A DNA stretch of 32,000 nucleotides, from contig OY969931.1 of NCBI GenBank assembly GCA_963704705.1, forward strand, positions 810,001-842,000, given 5' to 3'. Both the position numbers and the translations under genes were made by a program. The stretch's first letter is position 1. Every line of letters begins with the position of its first letter. Shown here piece after piece: positions 6,748-15,714 of the stretch. Under the pieces are notes generated by a model. The model saw nothing but the letters and a program-made list of their open reading frames with translations. It was not told the origin of the DNA and did not search any database. This stretch comes from an uncultured bacterium (lineage in GTDB: Bacteria; Patescibacteriota; Gracilibacteria; UBA1369; PNNO01).

Positions 6748-7863
6748 TTACTGCCTCGGCACATGACTTCCGCCACTGCTCATATTTAATATCTTAGCTA
6801 AAATTTCTTTCAAATTCGGTGTTTCGCCTCTTTCTTTTACAGCTTTCACTTCAACTTCAAATGAAACCATTACACTGTGGAATCCCTGCCTTAAAGCATT
6901 TTCATGAAAACTTCTTGGTTTCTCAGGTGAAACAACCTGATTCAAATCTTCAAATGAATGCTCGCGATTAGTTGCAAGGTATTTTTTTACATCATCAAGG
7001 CTATTTAAATTATTTCTCTTAATTAATTCCGGAAGTTCTTTTGAATATCGACCATTGGTTAAGTGATCAACGAGAACTTTTTCAACAAAATATGCCCGGA
7101 GTTCGCCATGCAAATATTGATCTCTGTTTGGTTTACGCGGTTCAAGCTTAAAAACCATGTCATGTAAATGCGATAGTTCATGTGTCTGAAAAATCCCTGC
7201 CCAGGTTTCTGTTACTTCAAATGGTCTGATTAAAAGAGCAACTATTCCATCAGGACTGCTGGTATCAATCACCAAAGCTTCCTTTTGAGTATGGTAACTT
7301 GCGCTTTCCGGAGTCAAAACAACCATCCAGCCTCCACTTTTATGACCGGTTTCAAGAGAAATAAATGCACGTCCTTTAAGTTCCGCCCATCTTACCATTT
7401 TTGTTCTAAAGGCTTTAATCGCGCTGAGCATTTGCATTTGTGGAGTTTTGGCATCTGCAAGCGCCAACGGCACATCTTTAAAATCCTTTTCAAAACCTCT
7501 GTCAAGAATTCCACGCATTTGTGCTCCTGTTGGGTGATTTTCAGGACTTTGAAAAATATTTGGAATTTGTTCTGAAGGATAATTCGATGTGTGGGGATTT
7601 TCCGGTGATTTTTTATCAGGTAAGCAGCCTAATTTTTCTTTATTTGAAACTCCTAAATATGCTCCTGCAGCCATAGTTGCAGTTACAGCAAGCGCTTGTT
7701 GCAAAAACTTTCTGCGTTCAAGCAAAATTTCTTCAGCTGCGCGTTTATCTTTTTTATCTCTTCCTGTGAGCTTTTGTTTTTCTTCAAGTGTTGATACGGT
7801 TTTTTTGGCTTCAGCATATTCACCGGCACCAAATAACTTATCTAAACCTTTTCTAAATCCCAT
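6748..7863 (-). CDS. Predicted exported zinc metalloprotease-like protein with twin-arginine-type signal segment
   Basis: 371 aa. 'ERRKFLQQALAVTATMAAGAYLGV' (RR motif plus hydrophobic stretch) and 'QTHELSHLHDMVFK...LHGELRAYFVEK' (HExxH with a downstream Glu). Confidence 0.6.
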   Translation of the reverse strand: MGFRKGLDKLFGAGEYAEAKKTVSTLEEKQKLTGRDKKDKRAAEEILLERRKFLQQALAVTATMAAGAYLGVSNKEKLGCLPDKKSPENPHTSNYPSEQIPNIFQSPENHPTGAQMRGILDRGFEKDFKDVPLALADAKTPQMQMLSAIKAFRTKMVRWAELKGRAFISLETGHKSGGWMVVLTPESASYHTQKEALVIDTSSPDGIVALLIRPFEVTETWAGIFQTHELSHLHDMVFKLEPRKPNRDQYLHGELRAYFVEKVLVDHLTNGRYSKELPELIKRNNLNSLDDVKKYLATNREHSFEDLNQVVSPEKPRSFHENALRQGFHSVMVSFEVEVKAVKERGETPNLKEILAKILNMSSGGSHVPRQ

Positions 7864-7964
7864 AATAATAATTTAAAAGTAAGAGGATATTAAAACATTT
7901 ATATACAAAAAAGTCAAGTATATTAAAAATCCCGGGAATTATATTTTATTTTCGCTCCGTTCCG

Positions 7965-10184
7965 CTAGTCTATCTTCACAAACATCAATCCCCCTGCAAA
8001 ATCAGTGAAGTCTTTTTCTGCGCCAACTATGTATTTAATTGGTGCTAAGTAATCCATAAATTCAGTGTATCCGGCTTTTTCATCTGCCGGCATTGGCTGT
8101 GTTTTTTCGATTTCCGCAACTATTGAGTCCACATATCCTAAAATATTCTCAACTGATAAAAAGCTAAATGCATTTGGATAACCTGATAAATAACTCATTC
8201 CAACTTTTACATCCGCATTTTCACTAACTGACGCTACTTTGCCGTAAACATTGTTATATCCAGAATAAAGAGCCAACGTTACGTAATTATCACTGTTTAT
8301 TCCGTAATATAATTCAATTGGATCAGTAAATGTGTCGCCGAACATCGCAAGGTCACCAAGTTCAGAAGGAGGAAGCATACTAAAATCAATTTTAATTCTG
8401 TTCATTGATTTTCCGTCTACCATTGCCGTATCTTTAACGATCACATTAGGATAATCAGTGTTTTCCGCTTTAATCTGATCAATCATTTCAACAATCAACG
8501 CATCTAAATTATCAATATCCTGCTGCGCCTGATCAGTGTATCCGGTTGCGTCAAAATATAATGAAATTCCAGGGATAATAGTCCCGGTATCCTGCAATAC
8601 AGATGCATAACCCTGATTAAGCCAATCCCCTCCTGAAACAATCACTCCTGATTCCTTAAGGCCGGCAAGAAGATCTGCGCCTGTTGCATCCAAAATATTA
8701 ATCAAACCATAACTTTCTCCGTACGATAAAAGGTTATTACCCGGAAGATTCTTATACATATATGGAGCCTTGCCGTTAAGGCTGTTTAATCCATCTACTC
8801 TGTAATGAACATTAAGTCCGCTAATGCTTGGAATTACTGCAAAAACACCTGACCCTTCAACCGCTGATCCAAAATAAATCATACCAACATTAGGAGTAGG
8901 AACACTTGCTATCAAATCATTGTAACTTTTGTTTTGTAAAAGGTTTTCACCGCCATTTTTAATTTTCTGAAGCGCTAAATATCGGTCTCCGAAAGAAGGC
9001 CATGCCAATAATGAGTCGTCTGTATATGCTAAATATAAATGCTGTTTTTCATTTGTGAATGTTTTGAATCCAAATAACGATGCCCTTGTGTAACCATTTA
9101 ACGCAGACATTTTATTAAACACATTTGTTAATTTTGCAGAGTCATCAACGGTAATTAACAAAGTCTGCCTCGGAACAAAACTGCTTGATTCACCCACTGC
9201 GTACATAACTTTAAATCCGTCACCAAATGAAGGCAGTAAATCACTATCGTAACTTAATCCAACTTTCGAAAGATCCGTTGCGAAATCTTTTAATATATCT
9301 TTAACAAAACCATCAACGTTACCTGCCGGTGATTTGCTTAAAAATCCGTTTAAAAGAGTTGTTTGATTTTTATCCTGCGTATCTAAAACCGCAAGTAACG
9401 ACGTATCATAATCAAAAAATTCTTCTTGTTCTAAATTGTAGGTTTTAAGAGGAGTTTTAATTACATTTTGAGGGCCGTAAGCGTCGTCATAACTTGTTAA
9501 ATTGTTATCCTGAAGGGTTTTTAATCTGTACAACATTTCTGCGACTTCTTCTCTGGTCATTGATTCGCCCGGCAAGTAATTCATTGAATTATTATCAAAT
9601 GAATACTGTATATGTTTTAGCCCAACCAAAAAATTACCAAGCGCGTAACTTACATATTGATAATACCACTCGCTTGAAGGTACATCAGAGTAATCTTCAA
9701 CCGGTGTATTTGTTGGATTGATATTTGGGAATTCAAGTAGCGCCATTTTTAAAGCCTCTGCCCTGTTTACGCACTGTGCCGGTTTAAATGTGCCGTCTTC
9801 GTAACCTCTAATAGTGTTTCGTTCACGTGCTTTTTTCACAAAAGGCGCATACCACTGGTCTGCGTATGTATCTGCGAAAAGCTGTGCCTGCGAATCTGCA
9901 GTATCAATCTGCAAAACATTATAAAGCATTTTTATAATTTCAGCTCTTTTAACACAATCGGTTTCTCTAAGGTCACCGGTTGTACCATCGCCTGTTAAAA
10001 TATTGTTTTCAAAAGCCCATGCCATTGCTGTGTCGTAATTGCTCATGTACTTAGACATTATAGGGCTGCTTAAAGGGTTGTTTAGAGTTGAAGGCTGATC
10101 TTCCGGGCTGATCAATTGCGCGCTTGCTGTAGAACTTGTTAGGAACAGTGCAAATGTTAGAAGGATTGCTGCGAACTTTTTCAT
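7965..10184 (-). CDS. Secreted protein with SLH domains and DUF3352-like C-terminal region
   Basis: 739 aa. Signal peptide MKKFAAILLTFALFLTSSTASA; SLH-like segments (e.g. 'FADTYADQWYAPFVKKARERNTIRGYEDGTFKPAQCVNRAEALKM', 'YSDVPSSEWYYQYVSYA...YLPGESMTREEVAEML'). Confidence 0.8.
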   Translation of the reverse strand: MKKFAAILLTFALFLTSSTASAQLISPEDQPSTLNNPLSSPIMSKYMSNYDTAMAWAFENNILTGDGTTGDLRETDCVKRAEIIKMLYNVLQIDTADSQAQLFADTYADQWYAPFVKKARERNTIRGYEDGTFKPAQCVNRAEALKMALLEFPNINPTNTPVEDYSDVPSSEWYYQYVSYALGNFLVGLKHIQYSFDNNSMNYLPGESMTREEVAEMLYRLKTLQDNNLTSYDDAYGPQNVIKTPLKTYNLEQEEFFDYDTSLLAVLDTQDKNQTTLLNGFLSKSPAGNVDGFVKDILKDFATDLSKVGLSYDSDLLPSFGDGFKVMYAVGESSSFVPRQTLLITVDDSAKLTNVFNKMSALNGYTRASLFGFKTFTNEKQHLYLAYTDDSLLAWPSFGDRYLALQKIKNGGENLLQNKSYNDLIASVPTPNVGMIYFGSAVEGSGVFAVIPSISGLNVHYRVDGLNSLNGKAPYMYKNLPGNNLLSYGESYGLINILDATGADLLAGLKESGVIVSGGDWLNQGYASVLQDTGTIIPGISLYFDATGYTDQAQQDIDNLDALIVEMIDQIKAENTDYPNVIVKDTAMVDGKSMNRIKIDFSMLPPSELGDLAMFGDTFTDPIELYYGINSDNYVTLALYSGYNNVYGKVASVSENADVKVGMSYLSGYPNAFSFLSVENILGYVDSIVAEIEKTQPMPADEKAGYTEFMDYLAPIKYIVGAEKDFTDFAGGLMFVKID

Positions 10185-10271
10185 TTGGGGTGGGTTAAAT
10201 TTGATAATTTGCTATACCAATATACCGTTTTTTTTTAGAAATGTGAATTTTTGGTGCGCCATAGGTTTACT

Positions 10272-10283
10272 ATGCCCGGGCAT
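10272..10283. repeat. Perfect palindrome ATGCCCGGGCAT
   Basis: Direct reading. Confidence 0.8.
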
Positions 10284-10299
10284 GGGATTTGACACCGGA

Positions 10300-10337
10300 G
10301 ATTTTTCTTGCGCAGTAGATATACCGATCCCGGGATC
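10300..10337. repeat. Intergenic repeat copy 2: GATTTTTCTTGCGCAGTAGATATACCGATCCCGGGATC
   Basis: 17 nt identical to 6540-6556; ends in the palindrome GATCCCGGGATC (10326-10337). Confidence 0.7.
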
Positions 10338-10370
10338 TCGTCACATGACGACTTTTCTTGACTTACCACT

Positions 10371-10443
10371 ATTTATGCAGTATAGTTACATTCTTGAAGT
10401 CGAGTCAGACAAAAAAGAGATATTTAACCCAATTCAACAATGA
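10371..10443 (+). pseudogene. C-terminal remnant of a higA-like antitoxin gene
   Basis: Frame reads ..LFMQYSYILEVESDKKEIFNPIQQ*, matching intact HigA 'LNLQSHYALEVESDKLENI' in the same window. No HTH portion remains. Confidence 0.5.
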
Positions 10444-10652
10444 ACGATAAAAAGCCAAATATGATCCAAAGTGTAAACGACTTAACCACTAAGCTAAAAA
10501 TGAAATTTGATAAACAACATTATGGCAAATGGGTGGCAATCAAAAACAAGAAAATACTTATGTCCAATACGGATCTTAAAATACTTATGGCTGAAGTGAA
10601 GGAAGTTGATAAAAGCGAAAATATTAATTATATGCTTGTGCCAATGGCTTAG
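10440..10652 (+). CDS. DUF5678-like small protein, duplicate copy A
   Basis: 70 aa, 64/70 identical to the ORF at 11153-11365; 'YGKWVAIKNKKILMSNTDLKILMAEVKEV' resembles DUF5678. Confidence 0.65.
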   Translation: MNDKKPNMIQSVNDLTTKLKMKFDKQHYGKWVAIKNKKILMSNTDLKILMAEVKEVDKSENINYMLVPMA

Positions 10653-10660
10653 GTTTTTAA

Positions 10661-10703
10661 CTTACGCTCACTCCATAGAGCCACCGCATTAAGGCTGCGG
10701 CTC
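10661..10703. repeat. GC-rich intergenic repeat-family member
   Basis: 'cttacgctcactccatagagccaccgcattaaggctgcggctc'; gagcc...ggctc inverted arms. Confidence 0.55.
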
Positions 10704-10784
10704 TGACTTGGCGAACTTCGATACCGGGATCGGGAAAAATTCTTCCGCAACCTCTGCACAACCAACTGTTGACAATCGTGCTAT

Positions 10785-11099
10785 TTGTTGTTAAAGTATA
10801 TGACTAATAATAACCTACAAATAATGGATAAAGAAAAAACAAGAATCTATGAACATCAATGTAGACTGCTCGATAAGCAATGGCAGATATTAAGAAATTT
10901 CTGCATGGGTCCTGATAATATTGAGTCGATCATTGCGCTATTAATTGATCTTAAAAATATCAATGATGATGAAATAGAAGCTGTTTCATACTTTGCTTCA
11001 AAAATTAGAGAAGGAAAAATTTGTAAGCCAAAATCATCCGCAGAAGAAATTATTAGCGACATTAAAGAGGTAGTTGGTAAATTAGATAGTTTTAAATAA
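10785..11099 (+). CDS. Hypothetical protein between the two duplicate genes
   Basis: 104 aa ORF (MTNNNLQIMDKEKTRIYEHQCRLLDKQ... is a probable internal start). Confidence 0.55.
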   Translation: MLLKYMTNNNLQIMDKEKTRIYEHQCRLLDKQWQILRNFCMGPDNIESIIALLIDLKNINDDEIEAVSYFASKIREGKICKPKSSAEEIISDIKEVVGKLDSFK

Positions 11100-11152
11100 G
11101 AAAAATAATATTTGAAAAATTTGGCTCGCCAAATCGATAACCAAATTCAACC

Positions 11153-11365
11153 ATGAAGAATAAAAAGCAAAATATGATCCAAAGTGTAAACGACCTAACC
11201 ACTAAGCTAAAAATGAAGTTTGCTAAACAACATTATGGCAAATGGGTGGCAATCAAAAACAAAAAAATACTCATGTCCAATACGGATCTTAAAATACTTA
11301 TGGCTGAAGTGAAGGAGGTTGATAAAAGCGAAAATATTAATTACATGCTTGTGCCAACGGATTAG
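11153..11365 (+). CDS. DUF5678-like small protein, duplicate copy B
   Basis: 70 aa; see copy A. The nucleotide similarity starts just upstream of the ATG ('aattcaac(a/c)atgaa'). Confidence 0.65.
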   Translation: MKNKKQNMIQSVNDLTTKLKMKFAKQHYGKWVAIKNKKILMSNTDLKILMAEVKEVDKSENINYMLVPTD

Positions 11366-11451
11366 GTTGGGCCTCGCTCCAAACCTTTACCAATTTTAAT
11401 ATTGGTGTAACATAATGACAGTGTTTTTTTGCAGTAATAATATTTTTTCTT

Positions 11452-13326
11452 TTGAAATCAAAATTTTTATCTAAAAAATCAAACATCGAAGCGATATTTT
11501 ATTCATTGGTGTTTTTTTTACCTTTAATTATAAATCCTTTTGGCCAGACTCCTTATGAAATACCGAAAGTTGCCATTTTAATAATATTTGTAAGCCTTGG
11601 ATTGGTGCTTACATATATTTATTCTGTTTTCATAAAGAAAGAACTTTTTGTAAATAAATTTGCATTAATCGCAGTATCGCTCTGGTTTGGATCAGCATTA
11701 ATTTCAACACTTCTTTCAAAAGCTCCTCTGGAAAGTTTTTGGGGAAGTTATGAGCGCATGCAGGGCTTATTGCAATTAATATATTATTTGGTGCATTTTA
11801 TTTTATGTATACATTTAATTCAAAATGAGAAATTTAAAAAATTCGCATTTTTATTCACTAATATTGCGGGCGGTATTATTTCGATTTATGCGATATTACA
11901 ATATTTTTCTATCGATCCTCTCCAAATAGGAAACATCGATATTTTCAGCGGAAGAACATATTCAACAATCGGCCAACCGAACATGCTTGCCCAATGGCTG
12001 ATATTCCCCTTTTTTATAAATTTATTTTCAATACTTAAAGAAAAAAAGAAATTAATATACGGTATTTTGCTCGGCATTAATTTAGCAGCGCTTATAACCA
12101 CATTCAGCAAAGCTGCATTTATTGGGATATTTATAGCTTTATTGCTGTTTTTCATTCATTCAATTGCAACAAAAAAAATAAACAAAAAATTAAAAGTATT
12201 AGTAATATTCAGTTTATTATTATTTATTATAATAACAGCTGGAACAATACTTAAAACAGGCACACGCTCATCATTCTCCCGAATTGTACTTTGGGAAGAA
12301 TCTTTACCCTTAGTCCAGAATAACTATATTTTTGGGAATGGCACTGAAACATATTATCAAAACGTACAAAAAGTTCTTACATCCGAAATCTATGAAACTG
12401 AAAATCTTTACGGATTCCCAACAAGAGTTCACTCGGAAGCTTATCAAATCCTCATAGATCAGGGATTTTTCGGTTTAATTCAATATTTATTTTTGTTAGG
12501 ATTTATTGGTTATATTTATTTTAAAAAAGAGATTAAAGAAAAGCATATATTAATAGCTTTTTATTCGATTGTAGCCAGTTATATTGCGGTTCAATTCAGT
12601 TTTTCATTTTCAGCGCAAATTATTTTTCTGGCATTTTGTTTAGCGATTTTAATTAACCAATATCTGCCTATCACAAAATTAAAATTCAAAAAACGTGCAA
12701 AATGGCTAAAATTAGGTATTTTAATACCTTTGATATTATTTTTTGGATGGTCAGCAAAATATGCCTACGGTCTGATTATGTCGGATTATTATTATCAACA
12801 AACTTTATCAAGCTATTTTGATGACAAAAAAGTTTCATGGGAATTTGCAAAGAATACAATCAATTCAAATCCGCACAGCACATATTATTATTCAAAAATA
12901 ATAGGTTTATTTGCTAAAAATAATTATCAGGAAATTCCAAACTACCTTGATGCCCTGGGTATAATGAGCGGAAACAGTTTTCAGTATTACATAGCTGCTG
13001 CACAGCTTTATGCTGCACAAGACAATTTTGAAAAAACAAATAACGCATTTAATCAGGCTACTGAATTAGCTCCTTCTTGGACTTTGGGATGGCAGCAATG
13101 GGGTGATTTTCTTGCGGAAAATAACAAAATATATGAAGCGATTGATAAATATGAGCACGTACTGAATCTTGCGCCTGCATATTTATGGGAACCGCAAAAT
13201 GAAAAGAAAAGAATTTTTAAAAAAACAACACCTTTGTTAGACTTTTTAGTGCAAAGACTTCGAAGTCTTTATATTGAAACCGGCCAAAATGATAAAGCCG
13301 ATGAATTACTTTTAATTCTAAATTAA
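11452..13326 (+). CDS. O-antigen ligase/polymerase family membrane protein with C-terminal TPR-like repeats
   Basis: 624 aa with many TM segments; 'GRTYSTIGQPNMLAQWLIFPFFINLFSIL', 'NYIFGNGTETYYQNVQKVLTSEIYETENLYGFPTRVHSEAYQILIDQGFFGLIQYL' (Wzy_C signature). TTG start. Confidence 0.85.
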   Translation: MKSKFLSKKSNIEAIFYSLVFFLPLIINPFGQTPYEIPKVAILIIFVSLGLVLTYIYSVFIKKELFVNKFALIAVSLWFGSALISTLLSKAPLESFWGSYERMQGLLQLIYYLVHFILCIHLIQNEKFKKFAFLFTNIAGGIISIYAILQYFSIDPLQIGNIDIFSGRTYSTIGQPNMLAQWLIFPFFINLFSILKEKKKLIYGILLGINLAALITTFSKAAFIGIFIALLLFFIHSIATKKINKKLKVLVIFSLLLFIIITAGTILKTGTRSSFSRIVLWEESLPLVQNNYIFGNGTETYYQNVQKVLTSEIYETENLYGFPTRVHSEAYQILIDQGFFGLIQYLFLLGFIGYIYFKKEIKEKHILIAFYSIVASYIAVQFSFSFSAQIIFLAFCLAILINQYLPITKLKFKKRAKWLKLGILIPLILFFGWSAKYAYGLIMSDYYYQQTLSSYFDDKKVSWEFAKNTINSNPHSTYYYSKIIGLFAKNNYQEIPNYLDALGIMSGNSFQYYIAAAQLYAAQDNFEKTNNAFNQATELAPSWTLGWQQWGDFLAENNKIYEAIDKYEHVLNLAPAYLWEPQNEKKRIFKKTTPLLDFLVQRLRSLYIETGQNDKADELLLILN

Positions 13327-13357
13327 AAGGGCTGCTCCGTTTTGGAACAACCCTTTT
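13325..13357 (+). terminator. Intrinsic terminator-like hairpin after the O-antigen ligase gene
   Basis: AAAAGGGCTGCTCC-gttttGGAACAACCCTTTT. Confidence 0.6.
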
Positions 13358-13374
13358 TAAAATGTTGATTTAAA

Positions 13375-14340
13375 TTATTGATACCAAGAGCTTCCTAGCA
13401 AATTACTGCAATATTGGCTATCATCACTTGTTAAATTAATTACCTGCATCCAGTTGCTAAGTGCAGCTACGCCATATGCAACCAAATAATCATGTAACAT
13501 TTCACATTGCTCTGTTGATGGATTAAACCAGTTTTGAGGATTCGAAGTATCCGCGCAATATTCCGAATCATCTGCGCTTAAGTTATTTGATTGCATCCAA
13601 ACGCTTAATGCATTCACACCATTAGCAACTAAATAATTATACATGCTTGTACATTCTAGGTTTGTAGGATAATACCAATATTGTCCAATTCTGCTAGCAC
13701 AATATTCAGAGTCTGATCGTGTATAATTATTTGTTATCATCCAATTGCTAAGTGCAACCAATCCGTTTTGTTTAAGATATGAATACATATTATTACATTC
13801 CTGATTTGATGGATAATCCCAAGTAATAGGATAATATGTTAGTTTACAATAAGTAGCAGAACCTTGCGGATAGCCGTTATTAATCATCCAGCTTGTAAAA
13901 TCACCTGTATTTTGTTGCCAATAATTATAAATATCCTCACATTGATTAGCTGATGGATTTCCTGAACCCCACTGAGTTGCGCCGATTACATTGACGCTGC
14001 AATAAATTGCATCAGCTGAAGTATATGGAGGAGTTTGCTGGCTCATCCATTGACTTAATGATCCGGCATCATGAGTAACAAGATATTCATACATTTCCCA
14101 GCATTGTTCTGAAGTTGGATTAACAGTTGGTTCTGGATTTGGCGGAGGAGGTAATGGAGTCGGCTTTGTTGTTTCTTTAACAACTTCTTTTGAAATAGGA
14201 GAAGTAACCGTAACGCGATTCTTCCCTATCAACATTCCCTGAAAATTTTCTCCAAATACACCAGTACTTGCCAGTGCAATGACTACAATTGCAATCCCAA
14301 GAACTGAGATCACACCATAGGTCATTTTTTTGTTTTTCAT
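13375..14340 (-). CDS. Exported/anchored protein with five approximately 48-aa Cys-containing repeats
   Basis: 321 aa; N-terminal TM/signal; repeats of consensus P(T/S)..(E/Q)C..MY.YL...G..ALS.WM......(S/T)..DS.YC...... Confidence 0.8.
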   Translation of the reverse strand: MKNKKMTYGVISVLGIAIVVIALASTGVFGENFQGMLIGKNRVTVTSPISKEVVKETTKPTPLPPPPNPEPTVNPTSEQCWEMYEYLVTHDAGSLSQWMSQQTPPYTSADAIYCSVNVIGATQWGSGNPSANQCEDIYNYWQQNTGDFTSWMINNGYPQGSATYCKLTYYPITWDYPSNQECNNMYSYLKQNGLVALSNWMITNNYTRSDSEYCASRIGQYWYYPTNLECTSMYNYLVANGVNALSVWMQSNNLSADDSEYCADTSNPQNWFNPSTEQCEMLHDYLVAYGVAALSNWMQVINLTSDDSQYCSNLLGSSWYQ

Positions 14341-14401
14341 GTTGTTTATTTTTAATTTTAATTCCTTTTATTTTACACTAAAACTGAACTTTTTTCAAGT
14401 G

Positions 14402-14478
14402 TGGTGGGTCAGGCGGGACTCGAACCCGCGACCAATTGCTTAAGAGGCAACTGCTCTAACCAACTGAGCTACTGACCC
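14402..14478 (-). tRNA. tRNA-Lys (anticodon CTT), CCA encoded
   Basis: GGGTCAGTAGCTCAGTTGGTTAGAGCAGTTGCCTCTTAAGCAATTGGTCGCGGGTTCGAGTCCCGCCTGACCCACCA; 7-bp acceptor stem GGGTCAG/CTGACCC; anticodon loop CTCTTAA. Confidence 0.95.
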
Positions 14479-14565
14479 ATGCGCACGAACAAATGTACCA
14501 TAAGCTTAACTCCCCTTTCAAGCTTTGGTTTTTTTGGGTAGAATAGGCGTGCCTATAACCTAACT

Positions 14566-15714
14566 ATGAATAATCCAAATCACAAAAAGATCCTTTTTTA
14601 TACTGATACTCCTTATGTTGGGGGCGCAGAAAATCAGATGTATCTTCTTGCCAAATTCCTAAATAAAGAAAAATACGAAGTAATTTTGGTTTGCTCCGAT
14701 TATAAAAAACTTGAGGATTGGGCTGCCCGTTTTGAACGTGAAGGAGTTCGTATAATAAAATTAACAGTGGCGCATAAACATGATCCGCGTCATTACTTTC
14801 AACTTAAAGAAATTTTAAAAACCGAGATTCCGGACATTATTCATTTGCATGTGTGGAATCCTGCAAGTTGCCGGTATGCGTTTATGGCTGCAAATAAATA
14901 TAAATTCCCTATCGTGGTCACAGAACACGACCCTTTTGAGTTATCAAAATTAAAGAAATATATTAAGAACAAATTAATGAAACGTGTTCAAAAAATTATT
15001 ACAGTTTCAGATTCCAATCACGAACTTATGCAAAGCCTTTTCCCTGAACAAAAAAATAGAACAATAACTATACATAACGGAATCGATACAACATGGTTTG
15101 AATCACAGCTTTTAAACTTCTCAAAAAACAAACGAACAGAATTTAGAGGTAAAGAGTTCGAAGCTGATAACGAAACAAAGGTAATCTTAAGCGTTGCTGA
15201 ACTTCACGAACGAAAAGGTCTTAAACATTTAATCAAAGCGCTTCCTAAAGTACTGGCTAAAAACGCTAATGTTCGCCTGGTCATTGCAGGTGATGGTCCT
15301 CATAAAAAAGACCTTATAAAACTTATAAACGACGAAAAGCTTTCAGGCTATGTGCGTCTGCTTGGTCACAGAAAAGACATCCCACAGATAATGGCTTCAA
15401 GCGATGTATTTGTTTTGCCGAGCGAAAAAGAAGCTTTTGGCCTTGTTCTGCTTGAAGCAATGACAGCAAAACTTCCAATAGTCGCGAGTAATGTAGGCGG
15501 GATTCCCGAGATAATTCAGGATGGTATTAACGGAGACCTTGTTGATCCATTTAACCACGATGTAATGGCTGAGAAAATTTTAGAATTTTTTAATGATAAT
15601 TTTAAAATTCGTGAGTATACTGATGCAGGATACGATCTGCTCAAGTTTAAATTTGATGCCAAATCAATGGCAAAAAACTACGAAGATGTATATGACCAAA
15701 TAATAAATGGCTAA
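14566..15714 (+). CDS. Glycosyltransferase family 4
   Basis: 382 aa; 'DTPYVGGAENQMYLLAKFL', 'LSVAELHERKGLKHLIKALP', 'VFVLPSEKEAFGLVLLEAMTAKLPIVASNVGGIPEII'. Confidence 0.93.
   Translation: MNNPNHKKILFYTDTPYVGGAENQMYLLAKFLNKEKYEVILVCSDYKKLEDWAARFEREGVRIIKLTVAHKHDPRHYFQLKEILKTEIPDIIHLHVWNPASCRYAFMAANKYKFPIVVTEHDPFELSKLKKYIKNKLMKRVQKIITVSDSNHELMQSLFPEQKNRTITIHNGIDTTWFESQLLNFSKNKRTEFRGKEFEADNETKVILSVAELHERKGLKHLIKALPKVLAKNANVRLVIAGDGPHKKDLIKLINDEKLSGYVRLLGHRKDIPQIMASSDVFVLPSEKEAFGLVLLEAMTAKLPIVASNVGGIPEIIQDGINGDLVDPFNHDVMAEKILEFFNDNFKIREYTDAGYDLLKFKFDAKSMAKNYEDVYDQIING

Noticed and set aside
7285-7876. Plus-strand ORFs 7285-7575 and 7589-7876
   Set aside because: Fully antisense to the metalloprotease-like gene and of shadow-ORF composition.
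10201-10443. 80-aa track ORF as a real gene
   Set aside because: Only the last approximately 24 codons look protein-like (HigA tail); the first part runs through intergenic palindromes and the repeat element.
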